The position numbers and the translations under genes are program-made. The notes beneath the pieces are model-generated. The model saw only the letters and a list, made by a program, of their open reading frames with translations, was not told the DNA's origin and made no database searches. Positions 50,342 to 59,418 of a stretch of 64,000 nucleotides of DNA are shown here, one piece after another; the first letter of the stretch is position 1; each line of letters begins with the position of its first letter. This DNA is from Oscillospiraceae bacterium (GTDB lineage: Bacteria > Bacillota > Clostridia > Oscillospirales > Oscillospiraceae), in the NCBI GenBank assembly GCA_015067975.1, contig SVLK01000001.1:21513-85512 (forward strand), given 5' to 3'.

Positions 50342-51151
50342 TCAGTCGTCCTGCACTTCATCGGCGGGGTCGTAAATCATGGGAGCAATAATAAGTTCGG
50401 AGCCGAGACTGCGCAGGAATTCTTCATCCTCGGAAGAGAGACGTTCATCAACAACAATGGTGTCTACCTGCGAAATGGGATATACGTTGGAGAAAGCGCG
50501 GGTATGGAGTTTTTCGCTGCTGATGACTAGCACCAATTTCTCAGCGTGGCTATGGATCAAGGAACGGGAAAGGCCGAGATCATCATAGTCGGTGATATAG
50601 CCCTGCTGTGTATCCAGACCAGCACAACTGATAAAGGCGATATCTACATTGAAAAGGCTCAAATTGGAACTGGTGATTTTCCCATAGTAGGTGTATTCTT
50701 CGTGGCTAAGAGAACCGCCCAAAGAATATAGATTGACTTCCGTATCACTGAGTTCGTTGATGACCAACAGGGACGGGGTGACAACAGACAGATCGTGGAT
50801 GTCACGGACGTAGTGGGCCAGATGAGCCATGGTGCGGCCGCCGTCCAGCAGAATAGTGCTGCCGGAACGTACCAACTTGGCAGCGGCTTGTGCGGCGGCC
50901 AGATTCCCAGCGTGGAACTGTCGGCGGAATTTGGGTGTTGCACCGTGAATGGGCGAAGTGTTATCATCCTGCGGGATCAGAACAGCGCCGCCATGTACGC
51001 GCTTGGCTAAGCCGTTTTCCTGTAAAGTTTCCAGATCGCGTCTGGCGGTTTCGTGGGAAACATTGCATAACTGCATGACTTCGGAAACCTTAATGGTGCT
51101 TTTTTCAAGCAATACGCGAGCGATCAGATCATAACGTTCCTGTGCTAACAA
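50342..51151 (-). CDS. DeoR/GlpR-family transcriptional regulator
   Basis: ER..LI, VSHETARRDL..L...G...RVHGGA HTH, ILLDGG.T, DIAFISCAG; TTG start 51151 after AAGGAGGG. Confidence 0.93.
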   Translation of the reverse strand: MLAQERYDLIARVLLEKSTIKVSEVMQLCNVSHETARRDLETLQENGLAKRVHGGAVLIPQDDNTSPIHGATPKFRRQFHAGNLAAAQAAAKLVRSGSTILLDGGRTMAHLAHYVRDIHDLSVVTPSLLVINELSDTEVNLYSLGGSLSHEEYTYYGKITSSNLSLFNVDIAFISCAGLDTQQGYITDYDDLGLSRSLIHSHAEKLVLVISSEKLHTRAFSNVYPISQVDTIVVDERLSSEDEEFLRSLGSELIIAPMIYDPADEVQDD

Positions 51152-51583
51152 AATGCTCCCTCCTTGTGCGCAACGGGTGCGATGCAATTCTTACTTTAAC
51201 AATATAACACAAAAAAGAAAAAGTAAAGAAGAAAATGGGGAATTTTAACAAAAAAGCAAACCATGAGAAGAAAGCCGTGAGCGTTTTTGGGTATATAGCG
51301 GTGCAAAAACAAGCGAAAAATAAGAGAGAAGGTATTTGCTGCGGAAATACGTGCGAGTCTTGGCGCGAAAATGGCGGAAAAGCAAAAAAGTGCAATAATT
51401 GAGTTGACCTTTTTTGCGTTTTCGTGTATCATGTGGTTGTGAAATAATGGAATTATCAACATGGGTACGTATCCGCATTACCTGCGGCAATGACCTGTGA
51501 GACTTTGTTCGGAAAATATTGTCACCGGAAGTGAAAGTAGCCAGTGCGGCCGATTGCTGTGCACGTAGAAGGTGGAGAGAACA

Positions 51584-53053
51584 ATGAGCGGAACAGTTAA
51601 CTACATTTTGTCTTATGACGCGGGAACCAGCGGCATCAAGGCGGTTCTTGTGGGCACAGACGGCAGCATTTGTGCTTCGGCAACAGTGGGATATTCGCTG
51701 CTGCGGCCGCAAGACGGGTGGGCAGAGCAGATCCCTGCGGAATACTGGGACGCGGCGTGCCGCTCGGCACATGCGGTATTGGCACAGGGAAATGTGGCGG
51801 CCGAGCAGGTAATCGGCGTGATTTTCGCTACGCAGTGGAAGGGTATGATTCCGCTGGATGCGGAGGGAAACGTACTGCACAATAGTATTATCTGGATGGA
51901 TACCCGCGGCACGGCGGAAGCTGTGGAACTGGCTGAAAAAACGGGAATGGCCTGTGTTGCTAGAGATTATTGGCCGAGGATCCTCTGGTTTAAGAAGAAC
52001 TGTCCCGAGCAGTACGCGAAGACAGTTTGCTTCCTGGAGGCGAACAGTTATCTGAAATATCGGGCGACCGGCAGCAGGACCATTGACCAGAGCAATCATT
52101 TTACCCGCTCGCCGCTGCCTAAGGTGCAGGCCTTGTTTGATGCCATGCTGGCAGGCGGCGAGATCGCACCGGAATTGTTTCCACCCGTGGTGCAGGCTAC
52201 CGATGAGGTGGGGAGGCTGACGGCTGCAGCGGCGCAGGAGCTGGGACTGAAGGAAGGCACCCCAGTGTTTGGCGGGTTGTGTGATATTCCGGCGGTGACG
52301 ATCGGTGCCGGGGCCTGCGCGGTGGGTGCAGCCCATGTATATCTGGGAACATCCGGCTGGATCGGTGTGACACGTGCGGTCGGAGACGGTGCACCGCGGA
52401 TTCCGGTGGTGTTGTCGCAGGATCGCTGGGCCCATGTGGCCGGTATGCAATCAGCGTGCATGAGCTATGACTGGTGTCTGCGCACCTTTTACAAAGAAGA
52501 AATGGCACGGCTGGGCGATGGGATCTACGGGATGGTGGAAGAAGAGCTTTCGCAGATCCCGGCTGGATCCCTTGGCTTGACGGCACTGCCTTCGCTGAAT
52601 GGAGAAGGTGGGCCCTTTGCGCCTGCCATGCGGGCCGGATTTGTAGGCCTAACGGCTGCGCATGACAGACGCCATATGGTTAACGCGGTGCTGGAAGGTA
52701 TTTGCTGCATTTTACGTCTGCGGAAAGAAGCCATCGAAAAGAGTGTGGGTAAGCCGATTACCTGTATTCGTGTGGTGGGAGGCGGTGCCGGAAGTCCGCA
52801 CTGGATGCAGATGCTGGCCGATGTGCTGCGTGTGGAAGTGATCGTGCCGGAAAATGCCCGCTATGCCGGCGCATTGGGTGCGGCCTACTGTGCCATGATC
52901 GGCTTAGGCTTGTGCGAAAATCTGGAAGAGTGCGCGGAGCGTGCACGGATCAAAGCAAGATATATACCGCGTGACGATGCTGCGGATGTGTATGACAGGC
53001 AGTGGCCTCGCTTCTGGAAAGCGGCGCAGCTGTTGGGAGATGTTGACGCGTAA
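51584..53053 (+). CDS. FGGY-family carbohydrate kinase (xylulokinase-like, divergent)
   Basis: YDAGTSGIKA, WAEQ.P, IIWMDTR, YLGTSGW, AVLEG, VGGGA.S..WMQMLADV. Confidence 0.9.
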   Translation: MSGTVNYILSYDAGTSGIKAVLVGTDGSICASATVGYSLLRPQDGWAEQIPAEYWDAACRSAHAVLAQGNVAAEQVIGVIFATQWKGMIPLDAEGNVLHNSIIWMDTRGTAEAVELAEKTGMACVARDYWPRILWFKKNCPEQYAKTVCFLEANSYLKYRATGSRTIDQSNHFTRSPLPKVQALFDAMLAGGEIAPELFPPVVQATDEVGRLTAAAAQELGLKEGTPVFGGLCDIPAVTIGAGACAVGAAHVYLGTSGWIGVTRAVGDGAPRIPVVLSQDRWAHVAGMQSACMSYDWCLRTFYKEEMARLGDGIYGMVEEELSQIPAGSLGLTALPSLNGEGGPFAPAMRAGFVGLTAAHDRRHMVNAVLEGICCILRLRKEAIEKSVGKPITCIRVVGGGAGSPHWMQMLADVLRVEVIVPENARYAGALGAAYCAMIGLGLCENLEECAERARIKARYIPRDDAADVYDRQWPRFWKAAQLLGDVDA

Positions 53054-53108
53054 ATAACCGGATCCGTATGGCCGGATGGCCGGGACGGGGAAATAATGGA
53101 GGAGAACC

Positions 53109-54584
53109 ATGAGAGTATTTGTGTGTGAGTTTTCGCAGGAGACGAATTCGTTTTGTCCTGTCATTTCTACTCGTGAAGATTTCGGCGAGTGGGATGGCGG
53201 AGGCACCAAGAAAGAAGTACATGGCTTTATCGATGTGATGCTGGAGAACGGCTTTGAAGTGATCCGTGGCCCCATGTACCGTGCACAGGCATCCGGTCCT
53301 GTGAAGCAGGAAGTGGTGGATCAGTTCCTTGAAGAATCCATCCAGCAGCTCAGAGAGATCGGCAAGGCGGACGCTGTTTGCGTAGAGCTGCACGGTTCTA
53401 CCCAGTCTACCGAGAGCGACAATGTGTGCGGTGATATCGTATCTGCGCTGCGTGAAGCGGCGGGCGGTGTGCCTGTGGCAGCCAGCTGCGATCTGCATGC
53501 CAACATCACAAAGAAGCTTTACGAGAACGCTGATTTCATCAGCTCCTATCAGACCTATCCCCACCGTGACGCTTACGAGACCGGTCGCCGCTCTGCAGAA
53601 CTGTGCGTGCGCAAGCTGAAGGGCGAAGCCGTCTTTTCCGCATGTGTCAAGGTGCCGATGATCGTTCCTGCCAGCGGTTACACCACCGAGGGCGGTGCTT
53701 TTGGCGAGGTGGTCAAAAAGGCCCGTGCACTGGTGGCAGAGGGCAAGATCTTTGATTACAGTCTTTGCGTTGTGCAGCCTTGGCTGGATGTGTACGAGTG
53801 CGACTCTGCCGTGCTGGTATATGCAGCAGATCAGGAAGTGGCCGTGCAGTGCGCACAGGAACTGGGACAGGGTATGGCCGCATGCTGCGATGACATGCAT
53901 CCGCAGGTATCCACGGTGGATGAGATCATCGAGCGTGCCCGTGCAAAGAAGGAAGACAAGCCGGTGATCGTGTCCGACTTCTCCGACTCCCCCAATGCCG
54001 GTGCTGCCGGTGACAATGTGGACATTCTGGCAGGCCTGTTGGAGCGCGGCAGCGATCTGAAGGGAGCCGTGATCGTCAATGATGTACTGGCTACCGATGC
54101 TGCCTTTGCCTGCGGCGTGGGCGGTACGGCGAAATTCCGCATCGGCGGTACGCTGGCACCCCATTATTCCAAGCCGGTAGAGGTGGAGGGAACGGTTCGC
54201 TCCCTGCACGACGGCAAGTATGTGCTGGGCGGCCCCATGATGCGCGGTGTGGAAGTGGATGTCGGCCGCGCTGCAGTGATCACTGTGGGCAAGGTGGATG
54301 TGCTCTTGTGCCATGCCATGTGCATCACCGGCGATATCCAGTTGTACCGTCATTTCGGCATTGAGCCTGCCTTCTATCAGGTGGTAGTAGTCAAGGCCAA
54401 TACATCTTTTAAGGCCGTATATTCTGTCGTTTCGGAAGATATCGTATCCTGTGATACGGGTTGTGCCTCTACGGCGGATCTGGCAAGCCTGCCTTGGAAG
54501 CATCTGCCGAAGGAGGGAATGTATCCCTTTATTTCCCTTACAAATTATTGCGCAAAAGACCATACGCTGCAGCGCAGCCTGTAA
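53109..54584 (+). CDS. M81-family (MlrC-like) metallo-amidohydrolase, paralog 2
   Basis: QETNSF, LHGS, ASCDLHANI, YQTYPHRD, QPWLDV, SDSPNAGAAGD, GIEP. Confidence 0.9.
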   Translation: MRVFVCEFSQETNSFCPVISTREDFGEWDGGGTKKEVHGFIDVMLENGFEVIRGPMYRAQASGPVKQEVVDQFLEESIQQLREIGKADAVCVELHGSTQSTESDNVCGDIVSALREAAGGVPVAASCDLHANITKKLYENADFISSYQTYPHRDAYETGRRSAELCVRKLKGEAVFSACVKVPMIVPASGYTTEGGAFGEVVKKARALVAEGKIFDYSLCVVQPWLDVYECDSAVLVYAADQEVAVQCAQELGQGMAACCDDMHPQVSTVDEIIERARAKKEDKPVIVSDFSDSPNAGAAGDNVDILAGLLERGSDLKGAVIVNDVLATDAAFACGVGGTAKFRIGGTLAPHYSKPVEVEGTVRSLHDGKYVLGGPMMRGVEVDVGRAAVITVGKVDVLLCHAMCITGDIQLYRHFGIEPAFYQVVVVKANTSFKAVYSVVSEDIVSCDTGCASTADLASLPWKHLPKEGMYPFISLTNYCAKDHTLQRSL

Positions 54585-54800
54585 TATACAAAAAAGCATC
54601 GATACAGCAATAGACTGAGGGCGACCGTAATACATGCCGCGCAGCAGCATAGCACCTATGAAAGATGCGTGACATACCTGCCGCGGCGGCAAAATGAAAT
54701 TGAGCAGCCCCAGTCTGCGCTGAATGTGCAGTCTGGGGCTGTTATTGTTGCAACACAACTGCAGACCGGCCGGAATGGAGCCGGAGAAAAGGAGAAAGAA

Positions 54801-55850
54801 ATGAACTATTTACAGTGGCTGACCCAAAATACCCCTACCCGGTTCTGGCATGATTCGGCGATTCCTTCCGAAATCGATGCCGCCATCGAGAATGGCGCCA
54901 TGGGCGTGACCACCAACCCCGTACTGACCTATAAGACGCTGCAGGCCGTGCCGGAGTTCTGGCAGCCTCAGGTGGATAAGATCGACAAGGACCTGACTCC
55001 TGCAGAGCACGCTGAGGCACTGCTGCAGATGGTGGCTACCTATGCCGCCGATAAGTTCCGCCCCGTGTTTGAAAAGACCAACGGCCAGCACGGTTACGCA
55101 CTGGGCCAGCTGGATCCCTCCATCTGCATGGACAGTGAGAAGATGTTGGCACAGGGTCTGCGCTATGCTTCCTGGGCAGACAATATCTCCGTGAAGACTC
55201 CATCCATCATGTCGGCACTGCCGCTGGTGGAAGAGCTGGCTTCCCGCGGTATCGCCGTGTGCACCACGCTGAACTTCTCTGTGTCTCAGGCGATGGCGGT
55301 GTGCGAGGCCTACATGCGCGGCCGCGCCAAGGCGGAGGCAGCCGGTATCCAGCCCAAGCCCATTTTCGTGGTGCAGCAGGGCGGCCGTCTGGACGAGTAT
55401 TTGCTGGAGTGCGCTACCGACAACCGCATTGATATCGATCCCGAGATCATCCGCAATGCAGGCAACGCGGTGTGCAAGAAGGTGTACAGCCTGCTGAAGG
55501 AGCGGAACATTCCTGCGGTGGTGATGCCTGCGGGCCTTCGCGGCGTACATCACCTGACCTCTATGGCCGGTGCCGATATGACGTTCTCTCTGCAGGCCCG
55601 TATCCAGCAGATGACCATCGAGGCAGATCCGGAGCGCGTGTGCCACATTGATGACGAAATCCCCGCCGAGGTGATCCGGAAGCTGTACAAGCTGCCGGAG
55701 TTCGTGCGTGCCTATGAAGAGGGCGCACTGAAGCCGGAGGAGTTCATCACCTTCGGTGTGACGCAGAAGACCATGTCCCAGTTCCTGTGGACCGGCTGGG
55801 TCCCGCTGGAGACGTACCAGAAGGCACCTGCCGGTGCCCGCTGGTTCTAA
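54801..55850 (+). CDS. Transaldolase-family protein with non-canonical active site
   Basis: FWHDS, GVTTNP, Schiff-base VKTP, TLNFSVSQ, GRLD; ATG 54801 with AAGGAG RBS. Confidence 0.85.
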   Translation: MNYLQWLTQNTPTRFWHDSAIPSEIDAAIENGAMGVTTNPVLTYKTLQAVPEFWQPQVDKIDKDLTPAEHAEALLQMVATYAADKFRPVFEKTNGQHGYALGQLDPSICMDSEKMLAQGLRYASWADNISVKTPSIMSALPLVEELASRGIAVCTTLNFSVSQAMAVCEAYMRGRAKAEAAGIQPKPIFVVQQGGRLDEYLLECATDNRIDIDPEIIRNAGNAVCKKVYSLLKERNIPAVVMPAGLRGVHHLTSMAGADMTFSLQARIQQMTIEADPERVCHIDDEIPAEVIRKLYKLPEFVRAYEEGALKPEEFITFGVTQKTMSQFLWTGWVPLETYQKAPAGARWF

Positions 55851-55869
55851 GAATGGGGAGGAAATAGAC

Positions 55870-56607
55870 ATGTTGAAGGGTAAACAGGCTTTGATCACCG
55901 GCGGTGCCGGTGAAATGGCATCCACTATCGCGGCAACGTTGGCAAAGCAAGGTGCAGCCATTATTTTGGTGGATCTGAACGCAGAGGCACTGGAGACGGT
56001 GAAAGCGGATCTGGTAGAGCGCTTTGGCGTACCGGTGCATACCTATGTACACAATTTGTGCGATTTTGACGGTCTGGCAGAGATGGTAGACACCATGGAG
56101 CGTGAATGCGGTGCCATTGATATTCTGGTGAATGTGGCCGGTATTACTAATACCATCACTTACCGTGATATTACGCCGGCCGATTGGGACAAAATGATGA
56201 GCATTAATCTGAAGGCACCTTTCTTCCTGACTCGGGAACTGTTCTTCCGTATGGAAGAGCGCGGTTTCGGTCGTATCGTAACACTGGGTTCCATTTCCGG
56301 TGAGCGCGGCGCCAAGTATGCAGGCCCCCACTACTCCATTTCCAAAGCGGGCCTGATCTGCTTTACCAAGGTGCTGGCCAAGCTGGCCGGTGACAGTGGA
56401 GTGACGGCCAATACGGTGTCTCCTGGCATCATTGCTTCCCGTATGACCGATAGTCTGGGCTCTCAGGTGTATTCTTACGATGTGCCCATGAACCGCATGG
56501 GTACACCGCAGGAAGTAGCGGATGCAGTACTGTATCTGGTATCTCCGCTGGCCAACTATGTAACGGGACAGAATCTGAGTGTCAACGGCGGCCAGTCCAT
56601 GCGCTAA
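55870..56607 (+). CDS. Short-chain dehydrogenase/reductase (classical SDR)
   Basis: TGGAGEMA, DILVNVAG, S...YSISK, NTVSPG, PMNRMGTPQEVA, VTGQ...VNGG. Confidence 0.92.
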   Translation: MLKGKQALITGGAGEMASTIAATLAKQGAAIILVDLNAEALETVKADLVERFGVPVHTYVHNLCDFDGLAEMVDTMERECGAIDILVNVAGITNTITYRDITPADWDKMMSINLKAPFFLTRELFFRMEERGFGRIVTLGSISGERGAKYAGPHYSISKAGLICFTKVLAKLAGDSGVTANTVSPGIIASRMTDSLGSQVYSYDVPMNRMGTPQEVADAVLYLVSPLANYVTGQNLSVNGGQSMR

Positions 56608-56619
56608 GACGAAGAAATA

Positions 56620-57650
56620 ATGAAAGGCGTTGTTAAATACGAATTGGGGATGCACGGTGTGGAGCTTCGTGAACTGCCGGAGCCTGCCCCGAAAGAAGGC
56701 GAATGCAAAGTCAAGGTGCTGGCGGCGGGCATCTGCGGCAGCGATATCCATGCGCTGAAGGATGAGCGTTCCGTCACGATGCCTGTGGTGCTGGGTCACG
56801 AGTATGTGGGACAAATCGTAGAAACCTGTGGTGATATTGGCGATCTGCAGGTAGGCGACTGGGTCACCACGCTGCCGGCCTGCTATAGCTGCGGTACATG
56901 TGAACTTTGTCGCGCCGGTGTGGTGACACTATGCCGGCAGCGCAAGTCTATCGGCTCCCACAGAGACGGTGCGATGGCAGATTATGTGGTGGTGCCGGCG
57001 GTGTATACCTATCGCATTCCCAAAGCAGCCGACACGACCGAAAAAAAGATTGCTTATGCGTTGGCGGAGCCGTTGGCCTGCGTGGTGCGAGGCGTCTATG
57101 AGCGCATTGACGTCAAGCCGGGCGATACGGTAGTGGTCAGTGGCCCTGGTGTGATGGGCCAGATGGCAGCACAGGTGTTCAAGTCCCGTGGCGCCTATGT
57201 AATCTTGTCCGGTCTGCTGGAAGATCGTAAGAAACTGGAACTGGCCAAAGAATTGGACGCGGCCGATGCAACGGTGTGCAGTACGGAAGAACTGCGCCAA
57301 GCCGTGTATAGCCGCAATCCCCTTGGGGCAGATATTACTTGCGATTGCACCGGAGTGGTGCATTCCCTGGAAACCTGCGTGGACGTGATCCGCCCTATGG
57401 GAACGCACTTGCAGCTGGGGATGTTCGGCGGCAAAGTGCCCGTCCGGATGGACAGCTTTTTTGACAAGGAAGTGACCTATGTACCCAGCAACTCCAGCAG
57501 CGTAACGGCGTGGAAGACCACCATGGGCTGCTGGAGGGCGGTATTTCGCTGGAACCGTTCGTTTCCATGCAGTTGCCGCTGCAGGAGTGGAGAACGGCAT
57601 TTGACGCCGTGATTGACAAAAGGGTGTACAAAGCAGTGCTGTTGCCGTAA
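56620..57650 (+). pseudogene. Zn-dependent polyol/sugar dehydrogenase (MDR) with an apparent 1-nt frameshift near 57525-57527
   Basis: GICGSD, GHE, C-C-C-C structural Zn site, EPLAC, GPGVMG; the normal MDR C-terminus LLEGGISLEPFVS...AFDAVIDKRVYKAVLLP* lies in the -1 frame and ends at TAA 57648-57650. Confidence 0.8.
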
Positions 57651-57685
57651 GATGGATGTATCGTTGAAAAAGAGGGAAAACGACG

Positions 57686-58054
57686 ATGGAAATTATTGAG
57701 AGAAGGTCTGTGCCTGAGCAGATGCTGCCCGGCCGTTTTATGCAGAAGTTGGTGGGGAAGAAGGAGGATGGTTATCTCTCCGATAGCCGCATCCTGAACA
57801 TCGGCTACTGCCGCTACTGCGCGGAGGCAGGTCCCATGGAGCCTCACATGCACGCCGAGGAGACGGTGCAGGTCCTTGCCAGTGACCGCGCCTGGGTGCG
57901 TTTCGGCCCTGACAAGGATGACCTGCCCCACAAGGTGATGCTGCAACCCAACATGACGCTGCACATTCCTGCCGGTGAATGGCATGTGTTTGAGTACGCG
58001 GAGGGTGGTTCGCTGGAGATTCTCTTCATCTACGGCGCACAGGTACAGTTGTAA
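57686..58054 (+). CDS. Cupin-domain protein
   Basis: PHMHAEE and HIPAGEWHVF metal-binding cupin motifs. Confidence 0.85.
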   Translation: MEIIERRSVPEQMLPGRFMQKLVGKKEDGYLSDSRILNIGYCRYCAEAGPMEPHMHAEETVQVLASDRAWVRFGPDKDDLPHKVMLQPNMTLHIPAGEWHVFEYAEGGSLEILFIYGAQVQL

Positions 58055-58092
58055 GGGTCAAAGTGCTTCCCGGGAAGCAAAAGGAGAATGGA

Positions 58093-59412
58093 ATGAAAGA
58101 AAAAATCATCGTCCTGTCCATGGATGCCATGGTAGGCGAAGACATTGAATACTTAAAAACAAAACCCAACTTTGCACGACTTTTTGAAAAACGTGTGCAG
58201 GTGGGGAAGATGTGTACGGTCTATCCCAGCATCACTTATCCCGCCCATGTCAGCATGATGACCGGCTGCCGTCCGGGAAAGCACGGTATCATCACCAACG
58301 GAAAGTTCAAGACCACACTGGGCAAAGTGGACTGGCATCTGTACAACCATGAGCTGCTGGTAGAGGACGTTTTTGCGGCGGCCAAGCGCGCCGGTTGCAC
58401 CACAGCTTCCGTGTACTGGCCTGTGACGGGCTGCAATCCCAATGTGGACTATCTGATCAATGAGTTTTTCTTCTACGACAACGAGCCGATCGAGGAGACG
58501 TTTGCCGCCATGGGTACCAATGAGGCAACCATGGAGATCGTGCGGGAGAACATGGGTCGCTGGCCCACGGAGCCCGGCGGCAGCGGAAACAGACTGTATC
58601 TGCACAACTCCTTCGACTCCTTCATTGTCGGCTGTATGTGCAGCCTGATCCGCAAACATCAGCCCGATCTGCTGCTGGCCCACAACTGTTGGTTCGACGC
58701 CCTGCGCCACCGCAACGGTGTGTTCGGTGAACTGGTGCACGAGGGGCTGGATCAGATGGATCTGTGGCTGGGTGAACTGATCGAAGCACTGGAAGATGCC
58801 GGGATCTATGAGCAGACCAACTTTTTGCTGGTCAGTGACCATGGTCAGCGGGATTTTGTCCGCCGCATCAAGGTCAACACGCTGCTGCGCCGCGGCGGCT
58901 TTGTGGATGCCAACCAGGACGAGGTGCTGGATTGGCGAGCCTACGGACAGTCCAACGGTATGTCGGCCACCATTTTCCTGAAGGATCCCGATGACAAGGA
59001 ACTGTGGCAGCAAGTATATGACTACCTGCAGGGGCTGGCTGCCGACGGTGTCTGGGGGTTCAACAAGGTATATACCGAGGCTGAAGCACGGGAGCGCTAC
59101 GGCATGTACGGCGATTTTGCCTTTATGCTGGAGTCTGACGGCTACACCTCTTTTGCCGAGTCGTGGAGAGAGCCGGTGATCCATCCGGTGGATCTGACGG
59201 ACTACCGTTTGGGTAAGGCGACCCACGGCTACGAGCCGGAGAAGGGTGCCCAGCCTGTGTTTGTGGCCCGCGGACCTGCGTTCCGCGACGGCGCCTATAT
59301 CGAAAACGCACGGGTGATCGATGAAGCGCCCACTGTTGCCAGAATTCTGGGACAGACCATGCCGCAGGCAGAAGGCCGTGTGCTGGAAGAGCTGCTGGCA
59401 GAAGGCCGATAA
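58093..59412 (+). CDS. Alkaline-phosphatase superfamily nucleotide pyrophosphatase/phosphodiesterase (NPP type), cytoplasmic
   Basis: VLSMDA, YPSITYPAH (Thr nucleophile), DALRH, VSDHG, ATHGY; no signal peptide; ATG 58093. Confidence 0.92.
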   Translation: MKEKIIVLSMDAMVGEDIEYLKTKPNFARLFEKRVQVGKMCTVYPSITYPAHVSMMTGCRPGKHGIITNGKFKTTLGKVDWHLYNHELLVEDVFAAAKRAGCTTASVYWPVTGCNPNVDYLINEFFFYDNEPIEETFAAMGTNEATMEIVRENMGRWPTEPGGSGNRLYLHNSFDSFIVGCMCSLIRKHQPDLLLAHNCWFDALRHRNGVFGELVHEGLDQMDLWLGELIEALEDAGIYEQTNFLLVSDHGQRDFVRRIKVNTLLRRGGFVDANQDEVLDWRAYGQSNGMSATIFLKDPDDKELWQQVYDYLQGLAADGVWGFNKVYTEAEARERYGMYGDFAFMLESDGYTSFAESWREPVIHPVDLTDYRLGKATHGYEPEKGAQPVFVARGPAFRDGAYIENARVIDEAPTVARILGQTMPQAEGRVLEELLAEGR

Positions 59413-59418
59413 AAAGTC

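Noticed and set aside
23524-54584. Microcystin-degradation (mlr) cluster, suggested by two MlrC-like genes
   Set aside because: No MlrA (CAAX protease-like), MlrB (beta-lactamase-like) or MlrD (PTR2) genes are nearby, and M81 homologues are widespread.
11070-54800. Apparent N-terminal extensions or fusions in the ORF track (11070-12650, 11799-13571, 25239-26390, 31145-32740, 9033-9779, 54669-55850)
   Set aside because: The extensions overlap neighbouring genes or promoters. Internal starts with good RBS coincide with the family N-termini, so these are not real fusions.
57511-57540. Programmed ribosomal frameshift in the Zn-dehydrogenase
   Set aside because: There is no X_XXY_YYZ slippery heptamer or obvious stimulatory structure, so a simple indel or sequencing error is more parsimonious.
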